A stretch of 64,000 nucleotides of DNA from Tolypothrix carrinoi HA7290-LM1 (GTDB taxonomy: Bacteria > Cyanobacteriota > Cyanobacteriia > Cyanobacteriales > Nostocaceae). Numbering within the stretch: position 1 is the stretch's first letter; each line of letters starts with the position of its first letter. The position numbers and the translations under genes were made by a program. Of the stretch, positions 21,564-32,766 are shown piece after piece. The notes under the pieces are model-generated. The model had not been told where the DNA came from, did no database searches, and was given only the letters and a program-made list of their open reading frames with translations. The stretch spans positions 1-64,000 of the forward strand of contig JAHHIK010000025.1 of assembly GCA_019358935.1 (NCBI GenBank), in the 5' to 3' direction.

Positions 21564-22682
21564 ATGAAAATATTAATTCAACACCGTCATTATGAAAACG
21601 AAATCAGTGGTGTTTTAACTTATATTAATTCGATTATTCCCGAACTTGAAGCCAGAGCAATCGAAGTCAAAACTATATCTACAAAACAAGACAATATCGC
21701 CAAATGGTTTAGTTATATTGCTTGGGCAGATATAGTCCATATGAATTCAAATGACTTATCTTTTACCTTGCTCTGTAAAGCTTTGCAGAAAAAGATAATT
21801 ATTAAATATCATTATTGTCTTTATCAATCTACTCATACTATTTACCAGCCGATGAAGTTGACACAACGGCTGAAAACCGAATTTAAACAGACATTACCCA
21901 AAGCTAACTATCCATTGAAGTGGAAATTACACACTTTTGTCAAATGGGCACGCCTATTAACTCGCCTTTCTACGGCATTATTAGCCGATTATCATACAGC
22001 TTGCAGCAATTTTTTGGGAGAATCTTCTGCCTTTCCTTGGTCAGTCGATACTATATATAATCCGATTGAAATCAAGTCAAAAAACCAACTGAAAACTAAA
22101 GAAAATTTATCTCATCCATATAAGTTTATTTTTGTCGGTAGATTAGCTAAAGATAAAGGCGTAGATATTTTATTAAAAGCAGCGCGGATTTTACAAGATG
22201 AAAATAAAGAATTTCAAATTACCATAATTGGCGATGGCGGACAATTTCAGGAATTAAAACAGCTAACGTCTGATTTAGAAATTGCCAACAAAGTTAATTT
22301 TTTAGGTAAACTTCCTCAAAAAGAAGTACTTCTACAAGTTCAAGATGCTTTAGCTTTAATTGCTCCTTCTCGTTGGCAAGATCCAGCACCTTATGTAGTG
22401 CAAGAAGCCTCTAGCGTTCAAACCTGTTCCATTGTCTCAAAAATGGGAGGATTGCCAGAAGTGGCAGGACCGCACGGAATATTTTTTGAAAATGAAGATG
22501 CAGAAGAATTAGCCAAATGTATGCGATACTGCTTAGATAATCCGGATGAAGCAATTAACCGGGGTTTCCAGTCTAGCCAATACGTCGCGGAAAAGTTTTC
22601 GGCTGCGTGTGCAGTTACTCGACTGCTGGAAATTTGCCGTGAACTTACTCCCAAAGCATTGGTAACAACATCTGATCCATAA
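21564..22682 (+). CDS. Glycosyltransferase family 4
   Basis: FVGRLAKDKGVD, IIGDG, PSRWQDP...EA, GGLPEV. Confidence 0.92.
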   Translation: MKILIQHRHYENEISGVLTYINSIIPELEARAIEVKTISTKQDNIAKWFSYIAWADIVHMNSNDLSFTLLCKALQKKIIIKYHYCLYQSTHTIYQPMKLTQRLKTEFKQTLPKANYPLKWKLHTFVKWARLLTRLSTALLADYHTACSNFLGESSAFPWSVDTIYNPIEIKSKNQLKTKENLSHPYKFIFVGRLAKDKGVDILLKAARILQDENKEFQITIIGDGGQFQELKQLTSDLEIANKVNFLGKLPQKEVLLQVQDALALIAPSRWQDPAPYVVQEASSVQTCSIVSKMGGLPEVAGPHGIFFENEDAEELAKCMRYCLDNPDEAINRGFQSSQYVAEKFSAACAVTRLLEICRELTPKALVTTSDP

Positions 22683-22814
22683 TTGAAGAATTCAGGAGAC
22701 AGTAATTTTGTAGGGTGCGTTAGCCGCGAGAGTACGGCACCCTACGAGGCTTTGTTGATAAATTCTCGGCAGTCTGCGCTAGGGTAGGAATTGACACTTG
22801 TTTTGTGATTTCCT

Positions 22815-24179
22815 GTGGTGCTTTGTAAACGTCCAGCTGTATTTCTGAGTTTGGCTGTTTTACTCTCGTCGTTAACAGCTTGTGCTAACAGTCCTGTTGC
22901 CAAAAATCTTGAGGACTCTTTGGCAGCAGATCCCAGACTGGAAAACAACTCTGTTATTTTTGACAAAGCCAAGCAAACCGAAGCGCAACAACTTCCCCAA
23001 TCTACAGTTCAGTTACCTGCTGATTTTCCCTCGGATATTCCGCTTTATGCAAATGCCCAATTACAAGAAGTTACACCCTCAAGCAATGGTGTATCAACTC
23101 GTTGGCTGAGTTCTGACCCCAGTAATATAATTGAAGACTTTTATCGCAATCAGTTTCAAGCGAATAACTGGCAGATTTTACAACAACCCACAGACCAACA
23201 ATCTAATGTTATTGCAGCGCGACGCAATGATTTACAGCTTAAAGTTTCCATACAGCCAAAATCTGTCACCAACCCAGCACCGAATCAACCGCAGACAGCA
23301 ACTGAATTGTTAATTGAGTATGGAGGTAATGTTACTGCAACAACACAACCTACGCCAACAACAAACAACAGCGAAATTAATAATAACATTCCGCAAGCTG
23401 GCGATCCGCAGTTTATTGGACCTGTGCCACCTGTAAATGTAGCATCATCAGCAAATACGCCAGATAATAATAAAACAACATCGGAATTTAGCGATTTAAA
23501 TAAAGTATCGCCAGAATTGCGCCAACACATCGAAGATTTGGCTGCATTGGGCGTTTTGTCTGTAGAATCAAATGCAGCTAAAAGCAATACGGCGACAAAT
23601 CAGTTTGAACCGAATAAAATTATTACTCGTCGGGAATATGCTCGTTGGTTAGTGGCAGCGAACAATGCGATGTATGCTAATAATCCGGCAAAACAGATTC
23701 GCTTGGCATCGGAAAGCGGACAATCAGCTTTTAGTGATGTGGCGAAAAATAATCCTGATTTTGGACAAATTCAAGGTTTAGCGGAAGCTGGTTTGATTCC
23801 GAGTCCTTTGTCTGGAGATTCTACAGAAGTTTTATTCCGTCCTGATGCACCTTTGACGCGGGAACAGTTGATTTTGTGGAAATTACCCCTAGATACCCGT
23901 CAAGCTTTACCTGGGGCAAATTTAGACGCGGTGAAGCAAACTTGGGGTTTTCAAGATGTGGGGAAAATTGACCCGAAAGCTTTACGCGCTGTGTTGGCAG
24001 ATTTCCAAAGTGGCGAACAATCGAATATTCGGCGGGTGTTTGGTTATACAACGCTATTTCAGCCTAAAAAGCCAGTAACGCGGGCTGAAGCGGCGGCGGC
24101 TTTGTGGTATTTTGGTACTCAGGGCGATGGGGTATCGGCTGCTGATGCGTTGAAGTTAAAGCGATCGCCTCAACAATAA
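22815..24179 (+). CDS. S-layer homology domain lipoprotein
   Basis: Lipobox LTAC; SLH motifs FEPNKIITRREYA, FRPDAPLTREQ, FQPKKPVTRAEAA. Confidence 0.9.
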   Translation: MVLCKRPAVFLSLAVLLSSLTACANSPVAKNLEDSLAADPRLENNSVIFDKAKQTEAQQLPQSTVQLPADFPSDIPLYANAQLQEVTPSSNGVSTRWLSSDPSNIIEDFYRNQFQANNWQILQQPTDQQSNVIAARRNDLQLKVSIQPKSVTNPAPNQPQTATELLIEYGGNVTATTQPTPTTNNSEINNNIPQAGDPQFIGPVPPVNVASSANTPDNNKTTSEFSDLNKVSPELRQHIEDLAALGVLSVESNAAKSNTATNQFEPNKIITRREYARWLVAANNAMYANNPAKQIRLASESGQSAFSDVAKNNPDFGQIQGLAEAGLIPSPLSGDSTEVLFRPDAPLTREQLILWKLPLDTRQALPGANLDAVKQTWGFQDVGKIDPKALRAVLADFQSGEQSNIRRVFGYTTLFQPKKPVTRAEAAAALWYFGTQGDGVSAADALKLKRSPQQ

Positions 24180-24286
24180 CAAAATTTGGCGGTGCGCGTC
24201 TAAGTTAATAATTTCATCGAATCAGCGCCTTGCGATCGGACAATATTAAGAGACTTCATCTCAAAAATTGCCCCCATACATTTGTG

Positions 24287-25606
24287 ATGCAACTTTGGAC
24301 ACCAAATCAACCACTGCAAAACAAAAGATTCATAATTAAACAAGTCCTCGCAAGTGGAGGTTTTGGTGTCACCTATAGCGCACAAGAAAAGCAAACTGGC
24401 AAAATATTTGTCATCAAAACCCTCAACCAGCAGCAACAAACTCAAGTTGATTTTCAACAACGACAGGTAAAGTTTGTCAATGAAGCGTTGCGGTTAGCAC
24501 AATGTACTCATCCCCATATTGTCAAAGTTCATGAAGTCATCCAGGAAGATGAACTTTGGGGTATAGTGATGGAATATATTGATGGGCTTTCTTTAGAGGT
24601 TTATGTTGATGAGCGCGGGCAGTTGCCAGAAAATGAGGCATTACGCTACATTGACCAGGTAGGAAAAGCCCTAGAATATGTCCACCAACAAGGATTTTTA
24701 CATCGAGATATCAAGCCGAATAATATTTTACTACGCCGTGATACACAAGAAGCTGTATTAATTGATTTCGGTTTGGCACGAGAATTTACTATTGGTCAAA
24801 TAAAAAGCATGACCAATGCCAGAACCGAAGGTTATGCACCGATTGAACAGTATGAAAGACGAGGTAATGGTACTTATACAGATGTTTATGCTTTAGCCGC
24901 AACACTGTATACTTTACTTACTGGTGTTGTGCCAATACCTGCTTTTTTCCGGAAGTATGCACAATTACCACAGCCATTGCAGCATAATGACAAAATTAGC
25001 AACTTCGTAAATGATGCGATTGTCAAGGGGATGGCATTAGAACCTCAAGAGCGTACTCAGACAATACGCGAGTTTAGAGAATTGCTTGGCATTGCCACTA
25101 TTGAATTATCAGATAAAATTCAACCAACTCAATTAGATATATTACCTTCAAACGTTGATTTCGCTCAACTAGAGGACTTGTTAAAAGCTAATCAGTGGAA
25201 ACAAGCAGATCGTCAAACCTATTTAGTGATGCTGCAAGCAGTTGATCGTCACAAGCAAGGTTGGATGAAAGCGCAGGAATTATCTAACTTTCCCTGTGCT
25301 GTTCTTCGCAAGATTGACCAACTCTGGAAGGTGTACAGCGATGGTAAATTTGGTTTAAGTATTCAACAGCAAATCTGGCGTAAAATTAGCAATTCCTCTG
25401 TAAATTTCGATATTGCTACCTTCTGTGAGTTTGGCAACTGCGTGGGCTGGCGTAAAAATGACGAATGGTTAAAATATGATAACTTTACCTTTAGCTTAGA
25501 GTCTCAAAAAGGACACCTTCCATCATTTGGATATGGTGTCCAGCGTTGGGATGAATGGCAAAGCAGTTGTTGGCATTTGTTGCCTCGCATTAATAATTGT
25601 CTGTAG
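24287..25606 (+). CDS. Ser/Thr protein kinase with C-terminal GUN4-like domain
   Basis: ASGGFG, HRDIKPNN, DFG, GYAPIEQ; GUN4-like LLKANQWKQAD, IDQLWKVYSDGKFG, GHLPS. Confidence 0.93.
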   Translation: MQLWTPNQPLQNKRFIIKQVLASGGFGVTYSAQEKQTGKIFVIKTLNQQQQTQVDFQQRQVKFVNEALRLAQCTHPHIVKVHEVIQEDELWGIVMEYIDGLSLEVYVDERGQLPENEALRYIDQVGKALEYVHQQGFLHRDIKPNNILLRRDTQEAVLIDFGLAREFTIGQIKSMTNARTEGYAPIEQYERRGNGTYTDVYALAATLYTLLTGVVPIPAFFRKYAQLPQPLQHNDKISNFVNDAIVKGMALEPQERTQTIREFRELLGIATIELSDKIQPTQLDILPSNVDFAQLEDLLKANQWKQADRQTYLVMLQAVDRHKQGWMKAQELSNFPCAVLRKIDQLWKVYSDGKFGLSIQQQIWRKISNSSVNFDIATFCEFGNCVGWRKNDEWLKYDNFTFSLESQKGHLPSFGYGVQRWDEWQSSCWHLLPRINNCL

Positions 25607-25798
25607 CAAGAAGTTTCAAATTCTAATTTTATTTTATAAATAAAAAATTAATCGACTTACAAACATAAATTGGCGTTTTTGTCAATTAGGTGTGCGTATT
25701 AAATTTAAATGTGTTTGCCCTGTTTAAAATTCTGGAATTGTAGATTTAGAAGATGTAGTTGGTATTAATTTTTTGTTACCCGTAAGGATAGCGTCATT

Positions 25799-28141
25799 AT
25801 GACAACGAAGCTATTTATCAGCAAGCTAGTGAAGAGTTCAGTAGCTCTAGGTAGCATTGCTATTATTAGTCAGTCTATTGATTCGTTGAATCCTCGATTA
25901 ACAACTGCTTCAGCAGAAAACCCTCCACATCTGTCTAGTCATTCAACTACGATATCACTACAAACCAACTTAACCAAGCCAATCGATCAATCGGTGACAA
26001 CTGCGGGGATATCTTTAGGTTGGGTGGGTGGTCTTTTCTTGGGATTGGGAGTTATTGGGTTGAGTGCGATCGCGCTTAAAGGAATTGTGGTAATTGGTAA
26101 TAATGAAGTTGGGATTGTAATTAAGAAATTTAACTACAATCCCTTTTTTCCTAAACTCCCTGCTGGTCAACTGATAGCCTTAAAAGGAGAAGCTGGTCCC
26201 CAAGCAAAAATTCTTACCCCCGGTTTGCATTGGGGTTACTTTCCTCGGATGTATATCATTCGCAAGGAAGCGATAATTACTATTTCTTCGGAAGAAATTG
26301 GACTAGTTGTTGCCAAAGATGGTGCTAATATGCAGCCAGGACAACATTTTGGTAAGTTTGTTGAATGTAATAACTTTCAAGATGCCGATGCGTTTATTGA
26401 AAATGGGGGTCAGAAGGGTAAACAGCTAGCAATTTTAACTCCTGGCACTTACCGAATTAACACTGAACTGTTTGAGATTACCAAGAAGTCAGTAATTTAT
26501 ATTCCCCAAGGAGAAATTGGGTTAGTTGTTGCCAAAGATGGTGCTGACATGCCACCAGAACAACTGTTAGGTAAAGTTGTCGATTGCAGTAACTTCCAAA
26601 ATGCATCTGCGTTTATGACAAATGGTGGTCAAAAGGGCAGACAACTAGCAATTCTCACTACTGGAACTCATCAAATTAACACTGATTTATTTACGGTAAT
26701 TACTGCCGATAATGCCACCAAATATGGCATGAAACCCAAAGATTTACAAGTATATACAGTAGAAGCTGGCAAGATTGGTATTGTCACCACTTACGATGGT
26801 GTCCCAATTAAACCAGATGAGATAGCTGGTTCACCGACTGCGGATCATGGCAACTTCCAAAACGGGCAAAAATTTATTGATGGAGGTGGACGCAAAGGTC
26901 TGCAAGAAGAGATTGTGCCACCTGGTTCTTGGAATCTAAATCCTTGGTTTGTCAAAGTTGAGCAAGTAGAACTGACTGATGTTCCTGTTGGAACAGTTGG
27001 AGTTGTTATCTCCCACGTTGGCAAGCTGACTGAAAATAACACTGGTGTGGTTGAACCAGGATACAAGGGTGTTTGGAATACTCCTCTTCCTCCTGGGAAG
27101 CACGTCATCAACACAAAAGTTACAAATGTGGAGATAGTTCCTACTCTTCCAATTGCGCTGGATTGGTCAAACAAAAAAAAGCCACCGACAAACTACGACG
27201 CAAACCTTCATGCTATACAATTGCGCTCTAAAGATGGATTTTGTTTTGATATCGAGGTAACGCAAGTTATTCGCGTCACTGAAGAAAACGCCCCGACAAT
27301 GATTTATCGTGTTGGTAGCACTGTTGGTGGTTCTGCTAGTAATTCTATAAAAGCTCTCATCGTCAAAGTACTACAGCCAGCTGTTAGCAATTACTTCTGC
27401 AATTCTGCTCAAAATTCGGAAGCGCTAGACTTTCTTGACAAACGCAGCGACCAACAAAGACAAGCAAAAGATTATATCAAATCAGCACTCAATGATTTTG
27501 CTGTTGAAGCGCTTGATACGTTAATTGGAGAGATTGACTTACCCGATCAACTGGAAAAGATTTTAACCGATCGCAAAATCGCACAGGAACAGCGCAAAAC
27601 CATAGAAGCTGAACGAGAAACAGAAAAAGAACGCCAAAAATTTGCCTATGAAGTAGCGGTAACTGAAAATCAAGCAAATTTAGCTAAGTTTGAACAAGGT
27701 GTGAAAATCGCCGAACTACGAGCTTTAGCAGAAAGATACGTAATAGAGACTCAAACAGAACTAGCTCGCGAACAAGGTAAAGTCCAAGCTGAAATTCTCG
27801 GTTCAATTGTTGATATCCTTGGTCGTGAAGATTATGTGGATATCGAAAAACTAAAAGAGTTAGTCAAACTTAAACTTCCAGAAGTTTGGGTGAGTAATTC
27901 TAATGGCAACGGTTCTGGATTAACAGATGCAATTATGGCTCCGATGTTAAGGAATATCATGAGCAGTAGCATTGCTTCAAATAATAATTTATCAGCAACA
28001 CACCAGGCAAATAAAACATTAGAAACTTCATCTGCATCAACGGCACTTCCTCAAAGTTATGTTATCTGTACTAATTGCGAGACAAAGAATCTATTGGGCA
28101 ACAATTTCTGCTCAAAGTGTGGTAATTCCCTAACTAGTTGA
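25799..28141 (+). CDS. Large SPFH/flotillin-like protein with N-terminal repeats, coiled coil and C-terminal zinc ribbon
   Basis: TM helix, repeats EIGLVVAKDG...GQKG.QLAILT.G, SPFH core LRSKDGF, A/E-rich helix, CTNC...CSKCG. Confidence 0.85.
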   Translation: MTTKLFISKLVKSSVALGSIAIISQSIDSLNPRLTTASAENPPHLSSHSTTISLQTNLTKPIDQSVTTAGISLGWVGGLFLGLGVIGLSAIALKGIVVIGNNEVGIVIKKFNYNPFFPKLPAGQLIALKGEAGPQAKILTPGLHWGYFPRMYIIRKEAIITISSEEIGLVVAKDGANMQPGQHFGKFVECNNFQDADAFIENGGQKGKQLAILTPGTYRINTELFEITKKSVIYIPQGEIGLVVAKDGADMPPEQLLGKVVDCSNFQNASAFMTNGGQKGRQLAILTTGTHQINTDLFTVITADNATKYGMKPKDLQVYTVEAGKIGIVTTYDGVPIKPDEIAGSPTADHGNFQNGQKFIDGGGRKGLQEEIVPPGSWNLNPWFVKVEQVELTDVPVGTVGVVISHVGKLTENNTGVVEPGYKGVWNTPLPPGKHVINTKVTNVEIVPTLPIALDWSNKKKPPTNYDANLHAIQLRSKDGFCFDIEVTQVIRVTEENAPTMIYRVGSTVGGSASNSIKALIVKVLQPAVSNYFCNSAQNSEALDFLDKRSDQQRQAKDYIKSALNDFAVEALDTLIGEIDLPDQLEKILTDRKIAQEQRKTIEAERETEKERQKFAYEVAVTENQANLAKFEQGVKIAELRALAERYVIETQTELAREQGKVQAEILGSIVDILGREDYVDIEKLKELVKLKLPEVWVSNSNGNGSGLTDAIMAPMLRNIMSSSIASNNNLSATHQANKTLETSSASTALPQSYVICTNCETKNLLGNNFCSKCGNSLTS

Positions 28142-28251
28142 TAAAATCTACAATCACCTTCCGAAGCGGGTAGTACAACGTCCGCAGCAAGTAGAAATAA
28201 GTCAAAGTTCACTCGCTACGGACGAACAATATCAAAGCCTATTATTATCTT

Positions 28252-29619
28252 ATGCCAGCCAAAATCACCCTCACTGTCACCCAAGGTAAACTCCAAGGAC
28301 AACAATTTATCTTTGACTCCCGCACTACCTGTATCCTTGGCAGAAATGCAGATTGCAATCCTCAATTGCCTGATGATCAAGACCATCGCACCATCTCCCG
28401 CTATCATTGCTTGCTAGATATAAACCCTCCTGCTATCCGTGTGCGAGACTTTGGTAGTAAAAATGGTACTTACGTCAATGACAAAAAAATCGGACAGCGC
28501 CAAGCCGACCAAACCCCAGAAGAAGGCGCAAAAATGCAATTTCCAGAGTATGATTTGCAGAATGGAGACGAAATAAAACTAGATAATACTGTTTTGAAAA
28601 TTGGTATCGAAGTTGACCCACAGGAGATAAATATTTCCAGCTTTTTTCCTAGCACTATTTATGTGAACAACGACCCAACACAACCGCCAAATTTTTTGGC
28701 AATGATTAAACGCTTGTTGGGGTTAGCTGAAGGTGGTGATAAGAATTTAATTGCAATTCGCGGTTATCAAATTGTTAAATTGCTAGGAAAAGGTGGATTC
28801 GGCGAAGTTTATTTAGCACAACACAATCAATCGGGAAAAATGGTAGCACTAAAGATGATGTTACCAGCAGTGGTGAAAAGCGATCGCGCTGTGCAGATGT
28901 TTCTCAGAGAGACAGAAAATACTAAGGTTTTACAACATCCCAATGTCGTGCAACTAATAGATTATGGATACTCCGAAAACGTTTTCTTCTTTACAATGGA
29001 GTATTGCGAAGGTGGCACTGTATCTGATTTAATGCGTCTTTCTGGTGGACGATTATCTATTCATATAGCAGTACCGATTGTTCTACAAGTTCTCGACGGT
29101 TTGCAATACACCCACAATGCCGAAATTCCCTATGTCAAACTCAGTGATGGTCGCTTTGGCAAAGGTAAGGGTTTAGTTCACCGCGACCTCAAACCTAGTA
29201 ATATCTTTCTTGCTTGGATTGAGGAAAAACTTGTTGCTAAAATCGGCGATTATGGTTTATCTAAGGCATTTGACATAGCCGGTTTAAGCGGTCAAACTCT
29301 CACTGGTACTAAAGCAGGTACTCCCGTTTTTATGCCTCGACAGCAGGTGCTGAACTTCAAATATGCCCAACCAGATGTAGATATTTGGGCTACTGCTGCT
29401 TGTCTCTATTATATGCTCACGGGAACTTTTCCCCGCAACTTTACAAACGGCGATCCGTTTCTTGCAGTGTTGCAAAATGACCCCGTGCCAATCAAAGCGC
29501 GAAATCCACTAATTCCCCCACATTTGGCAGAGGTTATTGATTTGGCATTGGTGGAAAAGCCAGAACTTTACTTTAAGAATGCAGTCGAATTTAAGCAGGC
29601 GTTGTTGAATGTATTATAA
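28252..29619 (+). CDS. FHA-domain Ser/Thr protein kinase
   Basis: FHA GR...ISRYHC...DFGSKNGTYVN; kinase GKGGFG, HRDLKPSN, DYG. Confidence 0.93.
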   Translation: MPAKITLTVTQGKLQGQQFIFDSRTTCILGRNADCNPQLPDDQDHRTISRYHCLLDINPPAIRVRDFGSKNGTYVNDKKIGQRQADQTPEEGAKMQFPEYDLQNGDEIKLDNTVLKIGIEVDPQEINISSFFPSTIYVNNDPTQPPNFLAMIKRLLGLAEGGDKNLIAIRGYQIVKLLGKGGFGEVYLAQHNQSGKMVALKMMLPAVVKSDRAVQMFLRETENTKVLQHPNVVQLIDYGYSENVFFFTMEYCEGGTVSDLMRLSGGRLSIHIAVPIVLQVLDGLQYTHNAEIPYVKLSDGRFGKGKGLVHRDLKPSNIFLAWIEEKLVAKIGDYGLSKAFDIAGLSGQTLTGTKAGTPVFMPRQQVLNFKYAQPDVDIWATAACLYYMLTGTFPRNFTNGDPFLAVLQNDPVPIKARNPLIPPHLAEVIDLALVEKPELYFKNAVEFKQALLNVL

Positions 29620-29909
29620 TGTCAGATTATTTTTAAATGCATGTTTTCTGATTGTTTTGTAGATGCGTTTCCCTTAGATTGTATATTGCCGGCTTTACAA
29701 TTCCTTTGCAAAATAGCGCTAATTATAAAAAACTCTTGAAATCAACTTGGGTAGTAATTGTATTTGCTATGCTATGAGGTATTCTATAAAGCGATAGTGA
29801 GCGTGACATTACGCAAAAGAATCTGATGAAGAAATACAAGCCTTAATTTCATCCTTGTTTTTCTCTGGTTATTTCCAGTTACAAAATAATATAAAATATT
29901 AAATAAGCC

Positions 29910-30974
29910 ATGAAAAAAGAACTTGTAGCTACAGGATTTATTGTTTTCTGTTTCACCTTACCGCAAAGAGCGATCGCTGCCAAGTTTGATGCGCTTTATG
30001 TATTCGGTGATAGCCTCTCTGATACGGGTAATACTTTCGCAGCTACCCAAGGAACAATACCCGTCCCTAGAGTCAATAATTCAAACCGTCCAGCTTATTT
30101 TCAGGGACGTTTTTCTAACGGTCAAAATTGGGTAGATTATTTCGGTTCTCAGATAAATCAACCAGGATTAAAACCTACACCTTTTGTTACTCTCCTAGCC
30201 AATCCGAATATTGTTCCTACAGATGGGGTTAATTTCGCTTTAGGTGGTGCTCAAACAGGTATAGTTAGCTCTTTTCCCGGTTTTCAAGATAATATACCCG
30301 GAGTGCTGGGGCAAGTTGGTTTGTTGAGGCAAAATTTGCCAGTTGATCCAAATGCTCTTTACTCTGTGTTTGGTGGCGCAAATGATTATTTCAATGGGAA
30401 TACAAACGTTAATCAAGTAGTCCAAAATTTAACTAATTCAATCAGCTCTCTCGCTCAAGAAAAAGCGAAAAATTTCCTAGTATTTAACCTACCAAAATTG
30501 GGCGATAGTCCTTTTGGAAAAAGATCAGGCTTTTCCGATCAATTAAATCAATTGACACAAGCCCATAATAGACAATTAGCATCAGCTATCAGCAGTCTTC
30601 GCACCAGCAATCCTGATTTAAATATCTATTCTGTTGACATTAATACTCTCTTTAATACAATAAGAGCTACTCCAGCTAAATTTGGTTTCAAGGATGTAAC
30701 AAATGCTTGTGTAACAGGTAACTTTCAGCAAGTCACAAACATCTGTGATAAGCCAGATGATTTCTTGTTCTTTGATAGCGTCCATCCCTCCTCGCGGACA
30801 CATAACTTAATCGCAAAAGCAGCACTGGCAGCGGTTAATGGTAAAACCATTCCCGAACCTTCGGCAGCGTTAGGGATGTTAGCGCTTGGTGCTTTGGGTG
30901 CAGCGGGAGTGTTGAAGCGGAAAGTAACTTCAGCAAATCGGGTTGTTGAGGCAGAACCGTCTAAAATCAGATAA
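29910..30974 (+). CDS. SGNH/GDSL hydrolase with PEP-CTERM sorting domain
   Basis: FGDSLSDTGN, GRFSNG, GANDY, FFDSVHP; IPEPS + TM + basic tail. Confidence 0.93.
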   Translation: MKKELVATGFIVFCFTLPQRAIAAKFDALYVFGDSLSDTGNTFAATQGTIPVPRVNNSNRPAYFQGRFSNGQNWVDYFGSQINQPGLKPTPFVTLLANPNIVPTDGVNFALGGAQTGIVSSFPGFQDNIPGVLGQVGLLRQNLPVDPNALYSVFGGANDYFNGNTNVNQVVQNLTNSISSLAQEKAKNFLVFNLPKLGDSPFGKRSGFSDQLNQLTQAHNRQLASAISSLRTSNPDLNIYSVDINTLFNTIRATPAKFGFKDVTNACVTGNFQQVTNICDKPDDFLFFDSVHPSSRTHNLIAKAALAAVNGKTIPEPSAALGMLALGALGAAGVLKRKVTSANRVVEAEPSKIR

Positions 30975-31165
30975 ATACTTGATTTTTAGGATTGCATAAC
31001 CGTGATTAATCGTAGAGACGTTCGGTGTGGAACGTCTCTACAATATGTTCAATTTTTTCAATTTTTGACGTATAATGCAAAATCATCCCATAAAGCAATG
31101 CAACGCCTCATTTTTTCGGTTTGCGTTGATGTTAGGATAAAGCGCAAATCTAAATTAAATTCTCG

Positions 31166-32209
31166 ATGTCGGATTACGACAATTTATTTAAAATAATTGA
31201 AGAATTGGTAATGCACCATTCCCCTAGTGGTGTAGAAGCCGAAATTAACCAGTTTTTGATGCAGAGATTTGCCGCGCTGGGTGTGGAAGTTTGGGGCGAT
31301 CGCGCCGATAATATTATTGCCAAAATTCCGGGGAAAAATTCAGAGCGAGCGATCGCAATCACCGGACACAAAGATGAAATTGGCGCAATTGTCAAGACTA
31401 TCGGCGATGAAGGTCGCGTGGAAGTCCGCAGGTTAGGCGGTTCTTTTCCGTGGGTTTACGGCGAAGGTGTTGTCGATTTACTCGGAGACACGCAAACTAT
31501 TAGCGGTATTCTCAGCTTTGGTTCTCGCCATGTTTCCCACGAGTCGCCGCAAAAAGTCCAGCAAGAAGATACACCTGTAAAATGGGAAAATGCCTGGATT
31601 GAAACGAAATGCAGTGCTGAGGAACTAGAAGCGGCGGGTATTCGACCGGGAACGAGAATGGTTGTCGGCAAGCATCGCAAGCATCCAGTGCGTTTAAAAA
31701 ATCACATTGCTAGTTACACTTTAGATAACAAAGCCTCTGTAGCGATTTTGCTAGCTTTGGCGGAAAGAGTCAAACAGCCAGCCGTCGATGTATATTTGGT
31801 AGCATCAGCAAAAGAAGAAGTCGGGGCAATTGGGGCATTATTTTTCAGTCAAAACCAGCAATTAGATGCAATGATTGCTTTAGAAATTTGTCCGCTATCG
31901 AAAGAATACCCAATTGAAGACGGTGAAAGTCCTGTGATACTTTCTCAGGATGCGTATGGCATCTATGATGAAACGCTGAATGGGCAACTGCGTCATAGTG
32001 CCAAGCAACTAGATATGTCGGTGCAGCTAGCGACACTGAGTCAGTTTGGCAGCGATGCTTCGATTGCGATGAAATTTGGTCATGTCGGACGTGCAGCTTG
32101 TTTGGCGTTTCCGACCCAAAATACACACGGCTATGAAATTGCTCATTTGGGAGCGATCGCTAATTGTATCGATTTATTACAAGCCTTTTGCGAATCAGAA
32201 TTTGAGTGA
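31166..32209 (+). CDS. M42 family metallopeptidase
   Basis: SPSGVE, GHKDEIG, LDNKAS, KEEVG, GSDA, THGYE. Confidence 0.9.
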   Translation: MSDYDNLFKIIEELVMHHSPSGVEAEINQFLMQRFAALGVEVWGDRADNIIAKIPGKNSERAIAITGHKDEIGAIVKTIGDEGRVEVRRLGGSFPWVYGEGVVDLLGDTQTISGILSFGSRHVSHESPQKVQQEDTPVKWENAWIETKCSAEELEAAGIRPGTRMVVGKHRKHPVRLKNHIASYTLDNKASVAILLALAERVKQPAVDVYLVASAKEEVGAIGALFFSQNQQLDAMIALEICPLSKEYPIEDGESPVILSQDAYGIYDETLNGQLRHSAKQLDMSVQLATLSQFGSDASIAMKFGHVGRAACLAFPTQNTHGYEIAHLGAIANCIDLLQAFCESEFE

Positions 32210-32290
32210 AGAGTTACGAACCCCGTCCGGTTGATACCCGTAATTTTCTACAATGAACCAAAGAGGTTGAAAAAAGGTTAACAAGCGCAA

Positions 32291-32755
32291 ATGCCGAAAA
32301 CCGTTGCCGATGTGATGAGCCGTGACCCGATTGTCGTCCGGTCAGAAACTTCCTTAAATGAAGCGATCCAAATTCTGGCAGAACGTCGCATCAGTGGATT
32401 ACCTGTTGTAGATGATACAGGTAAGTTGGTGGGTATTATCTCGGAAACGGATTTGATGTGGCAAGAAACTGGTGTAACTCCACCGGCATACATCATGTTT
32501 CTTGATAGCGTCATCTATTTACAAAATCCTGCCACCTACGAACGTGACCTGCATAAAGCACTGGGACAAACTGTTGGGGAAGTTATGAGCAAAGACCCCA
32601 TCACTACTTCCCCAGAAAAAACTTTAACAGAAGCAGCCAGAGTTATGCACGATAAGAACGTTCACCGCTTGCCAGTGCTTGACGAATCAGGTCAAGTAAT
32701 TGGTATCCTTACTCGTGGTGACATTGTTCGCGCAATGGCTGCAAGTCAAGATTAG
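32291..32755 (+). CDS. CBS domain pair protein
   Basis: Two CBS repeats ([16 protein letters not shown]). Confidence 0.92.
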   Translation: MPKTVADVMSRDPIVVRSETSLNEAIQILAERRISGLPVVDDTGKLVGIISETDLMWQETGVTPPAYIMFLDSVIYLQNPATYERDLHKALGQTVGEVMSKDPITTSPEKTLTEAARVMHDKNVHRLPVLDESGQVIGILTRGDIVRAMAASQD

Positions 32756-32766
32756 TTGTTGGTTGT

